The notes: generated from the sequence alone by a model not told the origin. Shown: positions 42,926 through 54,282, counted from the stretch's first letter. The stretch is DNA of 64,000 nucleotides from Nitrosopumilus sp. (GCA_965249555.1 OZ252243.1:448001-512000), one strand, 5' to 3'. A program made the numbers and translations.

Positions 42926-43703
42926 CACATTTTATTTCACTATCAGGATCCAGGTAACTTGCCATCATCGGTACCGATGACTGGCTCACATCTTTTATCA
43001 GTATCTTCTTTTATTTTATCAAAATCCATGATAAAGTTGGAGATCTTGTATTTTCCATCAGATCTAGACTGACCGCCAGCAGACCACACTTTAATTTTTT
43101 TACATATTCCAAACGATGCTAGTTTTCCTATGCCCACGATGCCAACAGACAACGGTAATTCATTGTACTCCGGACACATCAAAGGTAATGAGGAGATCTA
43201 TGTCAAAGACGATTACCTAGTGATAATTCACGAGAAAAAGGGAAATGTGTTCACCAGGGAATTGTGTCTTCGGTGTACGTAAACTTTTTTCATTCCCTGC
43301 CATTGTTCATCTAATCTGATCCTTCATGCCATGAGTCAATGACATCCCATGACATGATTAGTCCACCTCTAGTTACAGGAGAATGGTGTGTTGTTTTCCA
43401 GTTTCCAACCATGAGTGATGAAAATAAGTGCTCCAATGGTTTGTTGATGCAACAATCTAGATCAGATGGTTAGTTATGCAACACAGCAGTAACTTTGATC
43501 AACTTTCTCTTTTTTGGTTTTTGCTGCTTTGTAGATGTTTAATCTAGGGAATATTTTTAATTGATTTGGGTTCGTATTAATTTTTAATAAATAAAAGATT
43601 AAAAGTCTTTTCAGGCTCTTAATCCAAATTACCATCGGGTAATCGTTTACCATCATAATCGTCATAGCGATTATAATTAAAAGTTACTATAATTTTAGGC
43701 ATG

Positions 43704-43787
43704 TGTATGGAGAGGGATTTGAACCCTTGAAACCCTAAAGGCAATAGTTTGGTAAACGATCACTTTTGACCACCCAGTAATCCATAC
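43704..43787 (-). pseudogene. Degenerate class II (long variable arm) tRNA-like element, anticodon loop TTACCAA
   Basis: Acceptor gtatgga/tccatac, D-loop GGTGGTCAA, anticodon arm atcgt-TTACCAA-actat, variable hairpin, T arm AGGG-TTCAAAT-CCCT. Confidence 0.65.
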
Positions 43788-43969
43788 ACAAAACATGTTT
43801 TTTCAGTGAATATGAATTGGAGGTGATGGTGTCAACTTGCTGGAAAAGTCCATGTTCACATAAACTAGTTAATGCATTTCAGTCTCCCTAGTAAAATCTG
43901 ATTTTTTTTCCATGATGGCAATAAAAAATTCTCCACTCCAAACAGTATTTTAAGACCAAACAAGGCATG

Positions 43970-44064
43970 TATCCATGTGAATTGTTTTTAAACATTTCCC
44001 ACTTTTTTGCATCCAGAGGCATAGCCTTCGCTAGGGAATGCTTTCAATCAAAAGATGACGGACA
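43970..44064 (+). repeat. 95-bp direct repeat, copy A (copy B at 57019-57112)
   Basis: Five mismatches and one indel between copies by manual alignment. Confidence 0.9.
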
Positions 44065-44375
44065 GAAAAAAGAAACGATAAATCTAATTCGATCAATTTA
44101 TTTCAAACATAATAGACTAGTATTCATTTATGAGAAATTTGAGATGTTTCTAAGTTATAGATTCTTCATTATACAAAATTTACGTAATCAAGAATTATTC
44201 AATAATAATTGTATAAGATATTTTTTGTCTCAAATGTTACACAATGGTCAGCTATTGGTGATTTGGTTTTTTGAGTTTTTAATAATATTACATAATATCT
44301 GTCCGGTTTACCAAGTATTTTGATTACTAGCCTTTTGGTAGATGACAAAAATATTGTGTAGGATGGATTATAGTT

Positions 44376-44600
44376 CTATTCTTTACATTTATTGTAAATT
44401 TTTTCAAAATATGGTAATGCAATTCTCATTAATGATGCGTAACGCATAGAAGTTAAATCATCATATTTGTTTTTCTTCTCTAATGTTATTTTTCCTAAAC
44501 TAGCATGTTGAAAATAAAGATACCCTTGTGATGTAGTTGGAAGTATTTTGTATCCCAAAATTCTTAAAATTTTAGAATAGGTATTCCAATTATGGTTCAT
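44376..44600 (-). CDS. HicA-like protein lacking the catalytic His
   Basis: 74 aa, IL..LGY...QGYLYF.H....ITL. Overlaps the hicB-like gene. Confidence 0.45.
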   Translation of the reverse strand: MNHNWNTYSKILRILGYKILPTTSQGYLYFQHASLGKITLEKKNKYDDLTSMRYASLMRIALPYFEKIYNKCKE

Positions 44601-44805
44601 TGAATACTATTTTAAAATCTACACCATTCCCTGGTAATTGTGATTTCATTTCAGGAAATGCTTCAACATAACCATCCATAATTTCATGAATATTTTTACC
44701 GATTTCGGTTTTATTTTTTCCAGTAACTATGATTTCTGGATTATCAGGGCATTGAGCTAAATAACCTTCTTTTGTTCTAGTCAATTTTACTTGCAGATTA
44801 GTCAT
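44590..44805 (-). CDS. Short HicB-like antitoxin
   Basis: GYLAQCPD.PEIIVTGKN..E...NI.E pattern. Confidence 0.7.
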   Translation of the reverse strand: MTNLQVKLTRTKEGYLAQCPDNPEIIVTGKNKTEIGKNIHEIMDGYVEAFPEMKSQLPGNGVDFKIVFNEP

Positions 44806-44940
44806 TGTACAATCACCTAAAGTTACCTCATTTATAGTAAGATATGATCGTTAAAAAGATTTGATAAGTTGATAAATACAAACAAATTCCGGGTTAGAGT
44901 CTGATCGGTAGATCGCTGAAATATTCATTAAAATGGATTA

Positions 44941-45120
44941 TTAATCAGTAGGATCTCTTTGAATATTGGAATAATCATCAGGATTTACATGAAATTTTTT
45001 GACAGAAAAATGACCATGTGGATGGCACTTAGGACAATGACAACGATCTCCCCAATAAACATCTGCTTCTTTTGTACTAAGAAATTCTGTTTTACAGTCA
45101 TAGCATTTTACTAAATTCAT
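44941..45120 (-). CDS. Small zinc-finger protein (59 aa, not in ORF track)
   Basis: MNLVKCYDC...RCHCPKCHPHGH. Confidence 0.5.
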   Translation of the reverse strand: MNLVKCYDCKTEFLSTKEADVYWGDRCHCPKCHPHGHFSVKKFHVNPDDYSNIQRDPTD

Positions 45121-45245
45121 ATTTTTTATTTAATTGATTATTATTTAAAATATATCCTAATCGCTAATTTACCAACCTAGTATGTGTAGACCCTGCTCAT
45201 CCTAGAAACAGAATGAATATCATTGTAGTTTGAATAATAAATTAA

Positions 45246-46144
45246 GGCGATTAGGTAACCTACTACCCCTAACATATTTCTCAGCAATAAATCAAACAGA
45301 TTACAATCCCCGTTATTGTATCTCCATTCCATCTCCTTGAGGTACAGTAAAAATTTGCCTGGACTCACCCGTGATGCTTTGCCATGTTTTCTTTGGCAAA
45401 GCTCCAAAAGCCTTCAATGCCGTTAATGTACACATCCCCTTTGCCAAACATCTTGTTGTGATCTACTGAGAGATGCTTGTATCCATGAAACACCAGAGAA
45501 TCATATCCCTTCCACTTGTCAGTGTACACGATGCTTCCTTTTTTCACTTTTCTAATTGTACTTTTCAGAAGGGTTTTAGCTTTGACGTTGTTTACTATCT
45601 CAACGTGAACCCTTGCCTTTTCTCTCAAATTCCAAACACAATGGTCTTGTTTTTGGCACCGCGTCCGCGATTTCCCATTCCTTTTTCCTCCAAAATACGC
45701 CTCGTCAGCCTCAATCTGGCCCTTTAGGACCTTGTCAGTGTTTGCCAATTCCTCAAGTATGGAATATCTGATTGCATCAAATGCCCTCAGAGCCGTCTTG
45801 TAACTCAGATGCATCTGCTCTGATGCAGTCTTTGCAGATACGGATAGCTCAAAGAGCTTGATCAGCGAGAGCCATTTGGAATTCTAATCAATGAGAATTT
45901 GGAACTTGAAAACGGTTTGAAGTCTTTCTGGCATTTTGTGCATCTCATATTGTTTCTGCTTTTCATGATATAGAGATCTTTGTTTTTGCAGAAAATGCAG
46001 GAAAGATCCTCAGTGCACCTTGATTCCAAGAATTGCACCAACAATGATTCATCAGGGATTGTTTTTGCAAATGATACAAAATCCATCCATTGTTTTTGTG
46101 AAATATTCCATGATAATCTTAGGGGCAGTAGATACCCAATAACC
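45246..46144 (-). mobile_element. IS1595-family element with a frameshifted ISXO2-type transposase
   Basis: Zn finger, EADEAYFGG, YTDKWKGY, INGIEGFWS and YLKEMEWRYN spread over three frames. Imperfect TIRs GGCGATTAGGTAACCTACTACCCCTAA / GGTTATTGGGTATCTACTGCCCCTAA. Confidence 0.9.
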
Positions 46145-46179
46145 TAATTACATATAATTCTCAAAAGATATGATGGAAC

Positions 46180-49100
46180 CTAGTCATTCCAGCTAAGATC
46201 AGAGTCATCATATATCATACAGTCACACAGCATCTCCTGGGCCAGCATCTCTTGTATGGATAGTGATTCCAGCAGTGCAGGATCTGATACTCTGTCCAGC
46301 CTTAATGGCATATCATATGAGAATGATTCATCCAAGGTTCCCTGAATTGCCTTACTATCAAAGATTAGGGTTGCCCTATCCTGCTCATCAATTACCAGAT
46401 TTGCAAAGTTTGAATGAATTCTAGTCATTACGCTTGTTGGCAGATCATCTCTTTGTTGTATATCAGGTCTTGTAATCTGCAACCAGGTGCCATAGTCATT
46501 TTGTGACCATATGTATCCATATTGGTCCTCCCAGACCTGGTAACGTCTGTCCTGCTGGGTTAGTGATATGGTCTCAAACGGATTCTGGTTGCCATGCTTT
46601 TGTTTTAACTCATGAGTTGCTGCTGCAAGTAATGCTTCACCTGTAAACTCTACACCTTCGTTGATATATGTGGTAGTAGAATAACGTTGTTTGTCAACTG
46701 CATTAATTGCCAATACTTCATGGGATAATGGTGCCATTATTACAAATGATATGGTAACATCAAAGCACCTCTCTGCAGTATCTGATGATGTACATTTGAC
46801 TTTGTCAATTGTGGCACCAGTCATCTCCTCATTTACTAGTTCCTCTTTTTGCTCATGGACTATATCTGCAATGTCATAGCCTGCAGGACTGGTATAGTTG
46901 CTATTTACATTCACTATAATGTGGGACTCTGCATTAGTCTTCAGGCCAATTTCTGGAACTCCAAGGGATAAAGATACCGACTTTAGGCCATTTGTTGCAT
47001 AGCCTTTGATGTGGACTGTATTGTCATCACCAATAATGCTGCTAGTCAGATCAAAGTCAGTGTGCCAGTTGTTTGTAATGGTTAATGGCATGCCATTAAA
47101 GACAAAGCCGTCATCAACTAGCTGTACTGCTTGATTATTCCAATGTTTGCCAAAGGTTGGCTTTGTTTTCCATTCATTAGAATCTCCACCTTTTTTCTTT
47201 GGTGTTTCAGTTCCAGAAGGTGCACTAGCGATGCTACCAACTGCTGTTGTATCAAGTGTAATGACTACAGGTGATGATGCGTCAGATGTGTTGACTCCAT
47301 CAGATGCTGTTGCAGTGAATGAGTTCTCACCTTCATCTAGTGCAACTTCTGTAAATGAGAAATTCCCGTCACCATCGGCAGTTATTGTATCAACTGTTGA
47401 TCCTTCATTGAATAGTTCCACAGTTGTCCCGGCCTCAGCCGTACCTTCAATCGTGATTGATGGTGTATTGACAGTTGCAGGTGGTGTGGTAATTGCAGGA
47501 ACTGGTGGTGCTGTAACATCAGATCCTACTGTTACAGTTTCAGTGATTGTTGTGACTTGTCCATTGTTGTCAGTTACAGTGTAAGTTACAACATATTCTC
47601 CAGAAGTGTTGGCATTTACTGTTTCACCGCCAACTAAACTGGATGCAATTCCTGAGATATCAGATTCATTGGCAATTACACCTGGGGTGTATGTTCCGTC
47701 AAATGGTACTGTAGTTGTATAGTCAACTGTGTGACCATCAACATCAAAGGTTGGTGCTGTGGTATCAGATACGGTAATTGTAATTGATTTTTGGTCTGGT
47801 GTGTTGCCTGCCGCATCATCTGGTGCATCATACAATACGGTGTATACTCCTATAACACTGGAGTTAGGCGCATCATCTGTAACTGTTACTGTTCCAGAGT
47901 AATTTGGGTCATTATCTTCTACAGTAGCGTCAGGTATAGTGTAGGTGTTGGTTTGAGTTAACTCAATTATTTCACTAGATCCTGCTGGTGTGATAACTGG
48001 TTTTTCTGTATCAGGTAGAGTTGGTGGTGTGGTAGCTGTAACTGTAACTGTTCTAGTTACTGTAACTGCAGGGTTTCCAGCCGCATCAACTACATCAAAG
48101 GTAACATCATAGGTTCCAATCGTATCGGTATCAGCTGGATATCCAGCAACAACTACATCATCTGTGATAACTCCATCAGTGTTATCAGTTGCAGCAAAGG
48201 TGAATGGTGTGTATGTTTCTCCAAGTTCAACGGAGAATGATTCCTCATTGACTGTGATAGATGGTACTGTGGTATCAAATGCTTCAGGTACAGGTTCACA
48301 TATTTTATTATCTACACCAACACCCTTTACACAAACTTCATTAGCATCGTTTAGATCGATGATACGAGTTATAGTAGTAGTGATAGTATATTGATTTGAT
48401 TCTACAGTTGGAGTGAAAGTATCAAAATCATTACTACCGTCACCAATAGTAAGAACATATTCATTGGGGAGATTAGTTTCTATATTACTCCAGGATACTG
48501 TAACGGAATTATCAGCATTTCTTACAGCATCTATTGTTGGTTCAGGTCCTACTGTTACAGTTTCAGTGATTGTTGTGGTTTGTCCATTGCTGTCAGTTAC
48601 AGTATAAGTTACGATATATTCTCCAGAAGTGTTGACATTTACCAAGTCATCACCAACTACAATACTAGATACAATTACTGAGATATCAGATTGATTGTTA
48701 ATTGCACCTGGGGCGTATGTTCCGCCAAATGGTACTGTAGTTGTATAGTCAACTGTGTTACCATCAACATCAAAGGTTGGCGGTGTGGTATCAGATACGG
48801 TAATTGTAATTGATTGTTGGTCTGGCGTGTTACCTGCTGTATCAGCTGGCGCATCATACAATACGGTGTATACTCCTATAACACTGGAGTTAGGCGCATC
48901 ATCTGTAACTGTTACTGTTCCAGAGTAGGCTGGGTCATTATCTTCTACAATAGCGTCAGGTATAGTGTAGGTGTCAGTTGCAGTTAACTCTATTGTTTCA
49001 CTGGATCCTAATACCGTGATTACCGGTTTTTCGGTATCAAGCGTAATGACTATAGCTGGTGATGCAGCAGATGTGTTGACTTCATCAGATGCAGTTGCAG

Positions 49101-51891
49101 TGAATGAGTTGGTACCTGGATTTAGTGCAACTCTTGTAAATGAGAAATTCCCTGTATCAGCAATTACTGTATCAACTGATGTTGCTCCATTGAATAGTTC
49201 TATAGTTGTCCCGGCCTCAGCCGTACCTTCAATCGTGATTGATGGTGTATTGACAGTTGCAGATGAGGTGGTGATTATAGGAGCTTCCGGTGTTTCAGTA
49301 TCAAGTGTAATGACTATAGCTGGTGATGCAGCAGATGTGTTGACTCTATCAGATGCTCTTGCAGTGAATGAGTTGGTACCTTCATCTAGTGCAACTCCTG
49401 TAAATGAGAAATTCCCTGAACCATCGGCAATTACTGTACCAGCTGATGTTCCTCCATTGAATAGTGTTATAGTTGCTCCGGCTTCAGTTGAACCGCCATC
49501 AATTGTGATTGGTGATGCGCCAACAGTTGCAGATGGTGTGGTAATTGTAGGAACTGGTGGTGGTGTGGTATCAGTACTTTGAGCAGGTACGTCTGCATAC
49601 GTTATATCACCATATGTACTCTCAACAGCAACAGCACCAGCTACGCCAATTCTATCAGCATTATTTATTTTGTCAAAAAATGAATTACTAGTCAGGATAG
49701 TAAGAACAAATACTTCAGCCTCAGCAGTAGGGGAATGTGTAGTAAAGTGAGGTGTTTCTACTGTACCTCCTTTAGATACATAGAGAGCAAAATTGTTAAC
49801 AGATTCTATATTACTCCAGGATAGCGTGATGGAATTATCAGCATTTCTTTCAGCTGTTAAGGATGGAGTTGTATCAGTTGGTGCTGCAAGTGTAGTTACA
49901 GACACGACATTAGAGGCGGCACTGTCTCCAGCTGCTGCCACTGTCCTTATGGAATAAGTATAAGTTGTTTCAGGTTCCAAGGTATCATCAGTGTATGATA
50001 TCTCAGTCCCAGTGACTGGTATCTCAATTGATCCTGTGCCACCTGTTCTGCTCAGCGTATAACCAGTTGCACTAGTCTGCGCATCCCATGAGAGAACTAC
50101 ACTGTTATGAGTAGGGATTGCTGCAGTAAGTGCTGGGGTGCCAGGTACAGTCGATATGGATTCCCTTGCATATTCATGTCCACCAAATGAGATGACAACA
50201 TCACCAATAAAGCCATGACCAGTTAGTAGTGTAATAACTGGGGTGATACTACCTACCTCAGTAGTAATAATAGTCCAGTTCACGCTCGGACCACCTACTG
50301 CTTGAATCACAAATGTGCCTGCTCTTAACGGAACAAAGGATACCTCTACATCTCCATCAGCATTCGCAGTAGTATCAAAAGAGCCTGCCCTGATTGCCAG
50401 TGTCCTTGCAGATTTGCTTGCAACTGTCTCACCATCAAATGAGAGGGTGACTATATCATCAAAGACAAAGCCGACTGTTATTGTTTCCTCTTTTTCTCCT
50501 GAATCTGATACATCCTCAGCTGAGACAACAACAGTATCACTTGACTCACTAGATGTAATCGTAAATGTGCCTTCCTTTAAGGCTGTAAATTTCACAAGTA
50601 ATGTGTCTGCATTTACCGTATTGGTAATCACGAAAGAGTCTGCCTCTATTGCCGGAGTATCAGCTTGAGTTAAGGTTCTTGCATCAAACTCTAGAGAAGT
50701 ACTTGTCCCGGCAGTATTTGTTGCCGTAATGGTATACTTGTACGGTGTATCAGGAGACAGGGTCTCATCAGTGGCAGTCAATACATTGCTGGATACCACT
50801 ACTACATTACCGCCTGCAACAATTCTGGTTAAAGTGTAACTGTCGGCATTATCCACTGCACCCCATGAAAGTGCTATACTTGTGTCAGTGACTTCTCCCA
50901 GTACAAGTGCTGGAGTAGCAGGTGGTTCGGCATTTTGAGCAGGTACTGACCTCCACACAACCGGGCCATTATATTGGTCAACAAAATCAGAGTTAATTCT
51001 TATCGAACCAGTAGAACCAGTTACGCCGATTCTTGTAGCATCATTTACCAGGTCAAGATCCTCACCCGTAATGGTATAAGGGGAATTAAGCGTCTCATGG
51101 AGTTGATTACCATCACTTACGTCATTTATATAAATACCAAACCAACCACTGACAGTTTGCACATTATCCCAGGACAGTTTGATGGAATTGTCATCCAGTC
51201 GTTCAACTGTCAGAGTTGGTGGTGGTGCAGGTCCAGTCGTTACATGTGCCCTTGCAACTTCAACTAGATCAGCTCCGTCTCTAAAGAAAATGACGACATT
51301 GCCATCAAAACCATAACCTATCGTTAGTGTGGGTCCTCTATGTGTACCTATCTGACTATTACTAACAGCTACAAGAATAATGGTATCATCATGGTAAACA
51401 AGATAGTCACCGGCTTGTTTCGGTACAAAAGATACAGTTATTCGATCGTCTCTGGAAACATACTTTTGAATACTAAAACTGTCGTCCTCGATTGCCGTCT
51501 GGTCAGATGTGTAAGTTGGTGCTGTGGCACTAAAAGAGTCCGGTGCAGATGTGGTAGATAATTCCAAAGTATTAGAGTCTGCACTTGTCTGGGCTAAACT
51601 ATTGCGTGATATGGCATGATAAGTGTACTCTGTATCAGGAGCTAAATCATAATCAATGAGTGACGTATCAGCAGTATCTCCTGCGACAGTGCCGTTTCTG
51701 TACACTGTGTATGTTACGGCACCTTCTATCTCACTCCATGTAATCTCAATGTTTGTCGAAAAGATTTCTCCTGCTTCAATTACAGGAGGGACAGGTGCAA
51801 TTGGGGCTTGAGCCTCAGCACTTGCAAGAAGCGATATGGCAAACAGGACAACCCCCCCCCCCACTAACGCATTAAATAACATTTTATTCAT
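46180..51891 (-). CDS. 1903-aa secreted/surface protein with FN3 and bacterial Ig-like (Big/DUF5011-type) repeats and a C-terminal domain beginning KPTFG
   Basis: Signal peptide, repeated LSW...YTL.R...L.PDT.Y.Y FN3 units, DT..P.IT...Y.V.Y Ig units, Thr/Asp-rich. Confidence 0.85.
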   Translation of the reverse strand: MNKMLFNALVGGGVVLFAISLLASAEAQAPIAPVPPVIEAGEIFSTNIEITWSEIEGAVTYTVYRNGTVAGDTADTSLIDYDLAPDTEYTYHAISRNSLAQTSADSNTLELSTTSAPDSFSATAPTYTSDQTAIEDDSFSIQKYVSRDDRITVSFVPKQAGDYLVYHDDTIILVAVSNSQIGTHRGPTLTIGYGFDGNVVIFFRDGADLVEVARAHVTTGPAPPPTLTVERLDDNSIKLSWDNVQTVSGWFGIYINDVSDGNQLHETLNSPYTITGEDLDLVNDATRIGVTGSTGSIRINSDFVDQYNGPVVWRSVPAQNAEPPATPALVLGEVTDTSIALSWGAVDNADSYTLTRIVAGGNVVVVSSNVLTATDETLSPDTPYKYTITATNTAGTSTSLEFDARTLTQADTPAIEADSFVITNTVNADTLLVKFTALKEGTFTITSSESSDTVVVSAEDVSDSGEKEETITVGFVFDDIVTLSFDGETVASKSARTLAIRAGSFDTTANADGDVEVSFVPLRAGTFVIQAVGGPSVNWTIITTEVGSITPVITLLTGHGFIGDVVISFGGHEYARESISTVPGTPALTAAIPTHNSVVLSWDAQTSATGYTLSRTGGTGSIEIPVTGTEISYTDDTLEPETTYTYSIRTVAAAGDSAASNVVSVTTLAAPTDTTPSLTAERNADNSITLSWSNIESVNNFALYVSKGGTVETPHFTTHSPTAEAEVFVLTILTSNSFFDKINNADRIGVAGAVAVESTYGDITYADVPAQSTDTTPPPVPTITTPSATVGASPITIDGGSTEAGATITLFNGGTSAGTVIADGSGNFSFTGVALDEGTNSFTARASDRVNTSAASPAIVITLDTETPEAPIITTSSATVNTPSITIEGTAEAGTTIELFNGATSVDTVIADTGNFSFTRVALNPGTNSFTATASDEVNTSAASPAIVITLDTEKPVITVLGSSETIELTATDTYTIPDAIVEDNDPAYSGTVTVTDDAPNSSVIGVYTVLYDAPADTAGNTPDQQSITITVSDTTPPTFDVDGNTVDYTTTVPFGGTYAPGAINNQSDISVIVSSIVVGDDLVNVNTSGEYIVTYTVTDSNGQTTTITETVTVGPEPTIDAVRNADNSVTVSWSNIETNLPNEYVLTIGDGSNDFDTFTPTVESNQYTITTTITRIIDLNDANEVCVKGVGVDNKICEPVPEAFDTTVPSITVNEESFSVELGETYTPFTFAATDNTDGVITDDVVVAGYPADTDTIGTYDVTFDVVDAAGNPAVTVTRTVTVTATTPPTLPDTEKPVITPAGSSEIIELTQTNTYTIPDATVEDNDPNYSGTVTVTDDAPNSSVIGVYTVLYDAPDDAAGNTPDQKSITITVSDTTAPTFDVDGHTVDYTTTVPFDGTYTPGVIANESDISGIASSLVGGETVNANTSGEYVVTYTVTDNNGQVTTITETVTVGSDVTAPPVPAITTPPATVNTPSITIEGTAEAGTTVELFNEGSTVDTITADGDGNFSFTEVALDEGENSFTATASDGVNTSDASSPVVITLDTTAVGSIASAPSGTETPKKKGGDSNEWKTKPTFGKHWNNQAVQLVDDGFVFNGMPLTITNNWHTDFDLTSSIIGDDNTVHIKGYATNGLKSVSLSLGVPEIGLKTNAESHIIVNVNSNYTSPAGYDIADIVHEQKEELVNEEMTGATIDKVKCTSSDTAERCFDVTISFVIMAPLSHEVLAINAVDKQRYSTTTYINEGVEFTGEALLAAATHELKQKHGNQNPFETISLTQQDRRYQVWEDQYGYIWSQNDYGTWLQITRPDIQQRDDLPTSVMTRIHSNFANLVIDEQDRATLIFDSKAIQGTLDESFSYDMPLRLDRVSDPALLESLSIQEMLAQEMLCDCMIYDDSDLSWND
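51852..51862 (-). repeat. G11 homopolymer in the signal-peptide codons of the surface-protein gene
   Basis: C11 on the + strand, GTG GGG GGG GGG GTT on the coding strand. Confidence 0.95.
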
Positions 51892-52544
51892 ATTGTATCA
51901 AAAATAATTTGCGGTTATAAAAGGTTTGTAGGTTGATTTTTTAAGCTTGTAATTTGGCAATCGTGAGTAATTTGGGCATAGCTCAGATATGCATATGTGT
52001 AAAGTTTTGTAAAATGAGATTCAGGGGATCTCATAATTTTGATCGTATTTTTCACAGTGGAATGCCAATGCCTAAAAATGGTGATTGGGCATCATACCCC
52101 CCATACACTTGCAATGGATCAAATGAATTAGTTTCTGTATTCCACCTTCGGCGTATGGTAAAAATTTGCCCGGACTCACTCCAGGGGCAGGCAGGTTGGC
52201 ATATCATCAGGCATATGCCATAACTGAAGACAAGAGAGCAGGAAGACTGCAAGATGGAATTGATAAATTAGAAAACAGAATAAAAGAGTTGGAGCTAAAC
52301 TGACATGGAACTAGTGAGGCAGACATTGATGAGGGAATCTTACAACTTTGATCTCAGATTGATGCCAAACAAAGAATCATTGGTGGTATTAACACCCCTG
52401 AATTAATTACAGATGGGGAAAGAATATTATCAATTAATGCTGAATTAAATTCTTTGATTAATGACATGAATGGTATAGTTGGAGATATCAATGACTTGAG
52501 GTCACAATTAGCGAGGACTATTAAGAGAACCTGAACCCATTGTA

Positions 52545-52913
52545 TTGCCGGAACAACAAGAAATTAACACGCTTGAGCCTTTTGTTACAGCGGATAAGGT
52601 ACAGTATGGTTTAGCAGATACAACATACACAACTGGATTAAGAGAAGTGCCTCCACCAAAAATGCTAGTTGATGGCTCTACTGTACCATATAATGAAATA
52701 CTACATCTTTATCTTGTTAATTATCAAAGTGGTGAGTTTGTAAAGGTGTGTAATGATCCGTGTGTTGTGTTAAATGATGGTGGTTCTTATTTGAGACAGA
52801 TTGGAGTCTCAGGGGATCTCGAAATAGGTTCTTATCATATTTTGTCATTTCATCAAGGCGGTATTGGAAATAATTATGGTATTATATATTCTCAACAATT
52901 CATAATCCAATAA
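52545..52913 (+). pseudogene. 3' portion of an eroded gene (coiled-coil-like remnants upstream at ~52250-52540)
   Basis: 122-aa TTG ORF preceded by broken heptad-like frames. Confidence 0.35.
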
Positions 52914-53220
52914 CCAAATTTTTTGAATTTTAGAATATGTATCTCTTACATAATAACTTTGATAATACATTTGATGCAACAGTTAACATCTTCTATTAAT
53001 TATTATTCATTTCAAAGTGAAGATCACAAGTATGGAAAAACCACATGTAAACATCCATGGGCGGGACACTAGATGGGAATAATCTTGGCCCTACAAATAC
53101 AGTTCATGCAGCGCCAACAGGTGATATCTCTACATTAATAATTAGATTTTATCTGCCACGATAATTATTGTATTGATGGTGTAACACTAAACTATCATGT
53201 ATGGTATATCCTATCCAAAT

Positions 53221-53314
53221 TAGAAAAAAGAGATTAGCACGCTGGCCTAACCTATCTAAGAAGTAATGCTATTACTATTCATTTTTTAATAAACCTTGTG
53301 GGCGTGTAGCATGA
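53221..53314 (+). repeat. ~94-bp diverged copy of 58677-58770, including the first 15 nt of the tRNA-like element
   Basis: Shared AAAAGAGATTAGCACGCTGGCCT, TATTACTATTCATT and TTGTGGGCGTGTAGCATGA. Cut off by the IS110 remnant. Confidence 0.85.
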
Positions 53315-54022
53315 GGACTGGTCTTTACGGCAGCATACACTCTTGAATTAATCTCTGCAATTTGCAGATTGATATGGCCTATCTGTCGTAGAAATCCATC
53401 TATGCGATAGTCACCTAGGGAGATGAGTCTTTCGTTGTATGTTACAGTGAACGGGACCCCGGGTATCTTGATTCCCTCTTGCAACAAAATTCCATGAACA
53501 GAATTTTTGAGAGAGGTCCTCCACTGAACGAGTTTTTTTCTGTATCTTACCAGCTGGCGATGTTTTACTATCTTTTTGTTTGTAATATGGCATGTTGCAA
53601 TGTATCCCCCGCGCAAAAGATCTGCCAGTATCCTGGCATCAATCTTGTCTGTTTTTTTTGATGCAGCTATTGCCTTTGTAAGATAGGGGTTTGAAAGTGT
53701 AACATTTTTGTATCCCAATTCATCTGTAAGAAATCCATACGTGTTATACTGATGATGACTCCATGACCATATTGGCATGAATCGGTATTCCTGTAAAATG
53801 TTTCCTGATTGATTCATGAGTGTTCTCAACTTTTATGTTTTGTAATATCTTTCCGCCATTATCCATTGTTGCCACTTGAAGAAATTCCTTGTGCAAGTCA
53901 ATGCCAACATACATGCACTTGTCTTTTTTTGCCCTAATCTGTTTCTTTGAGGACGATGGATTACGACTCCTGGACCTGGGTTCATTTCCTATGCTATCTG
54001 AATTCCTTCTTTTGGTATTCAC
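53315..54022 (-). mobile_element. IS110-family transposase remnant (frameshifted, C-terminal domain lost)
   Basis: YVGIDLHKE, VMESS and KTDKIDARILADLLR motifs. Confidence 0.88.
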
Positions 54023-54039
54023 ATATAGTTATCAAGCAC

Positions 54040-54282
54040 TTAGATGTATTTTGCCATCTCAGAAAACATGTTCAATTCCCTTATTCTCCATGTCTCAAAG
54101 CATGTGAGAAAGACTGAGATCATCCTCATGCCCTGACTAATCTGCCCGCGAACATTCCTCTGCATCACGCACTTTCGAATGGAATTCTCTGCATCATTGT
54201 TAGTTGATGGAACATCACCATCCATGACAAACGTAAACATGCTGTTCCTTGCAGTCTTTAGCTTCTTGCCAAACTGAACCAT
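54040..54282 (-). mobile_element. IS66-family transposase C-terminal remnant
   Basis: VPSTNNDAENSIRKCVMQR motif. Confidence 0.8.

Noticed and set aside
42943-43665. Short ORFs at the island's left edge
   Set aside because: Fragmentary frames with no assignable family.
43967-44323. 118-aa ORF starting in the direct repeat
   Set aside because: The frame is not conserved in repeat copy B (1-nt indel) and the composition is implausible.
47147-51561. Several plus-strand ORFs inside the giant gene
   Set aside because: Antisense shadows caused by Thr/Val/Asp codon bias.
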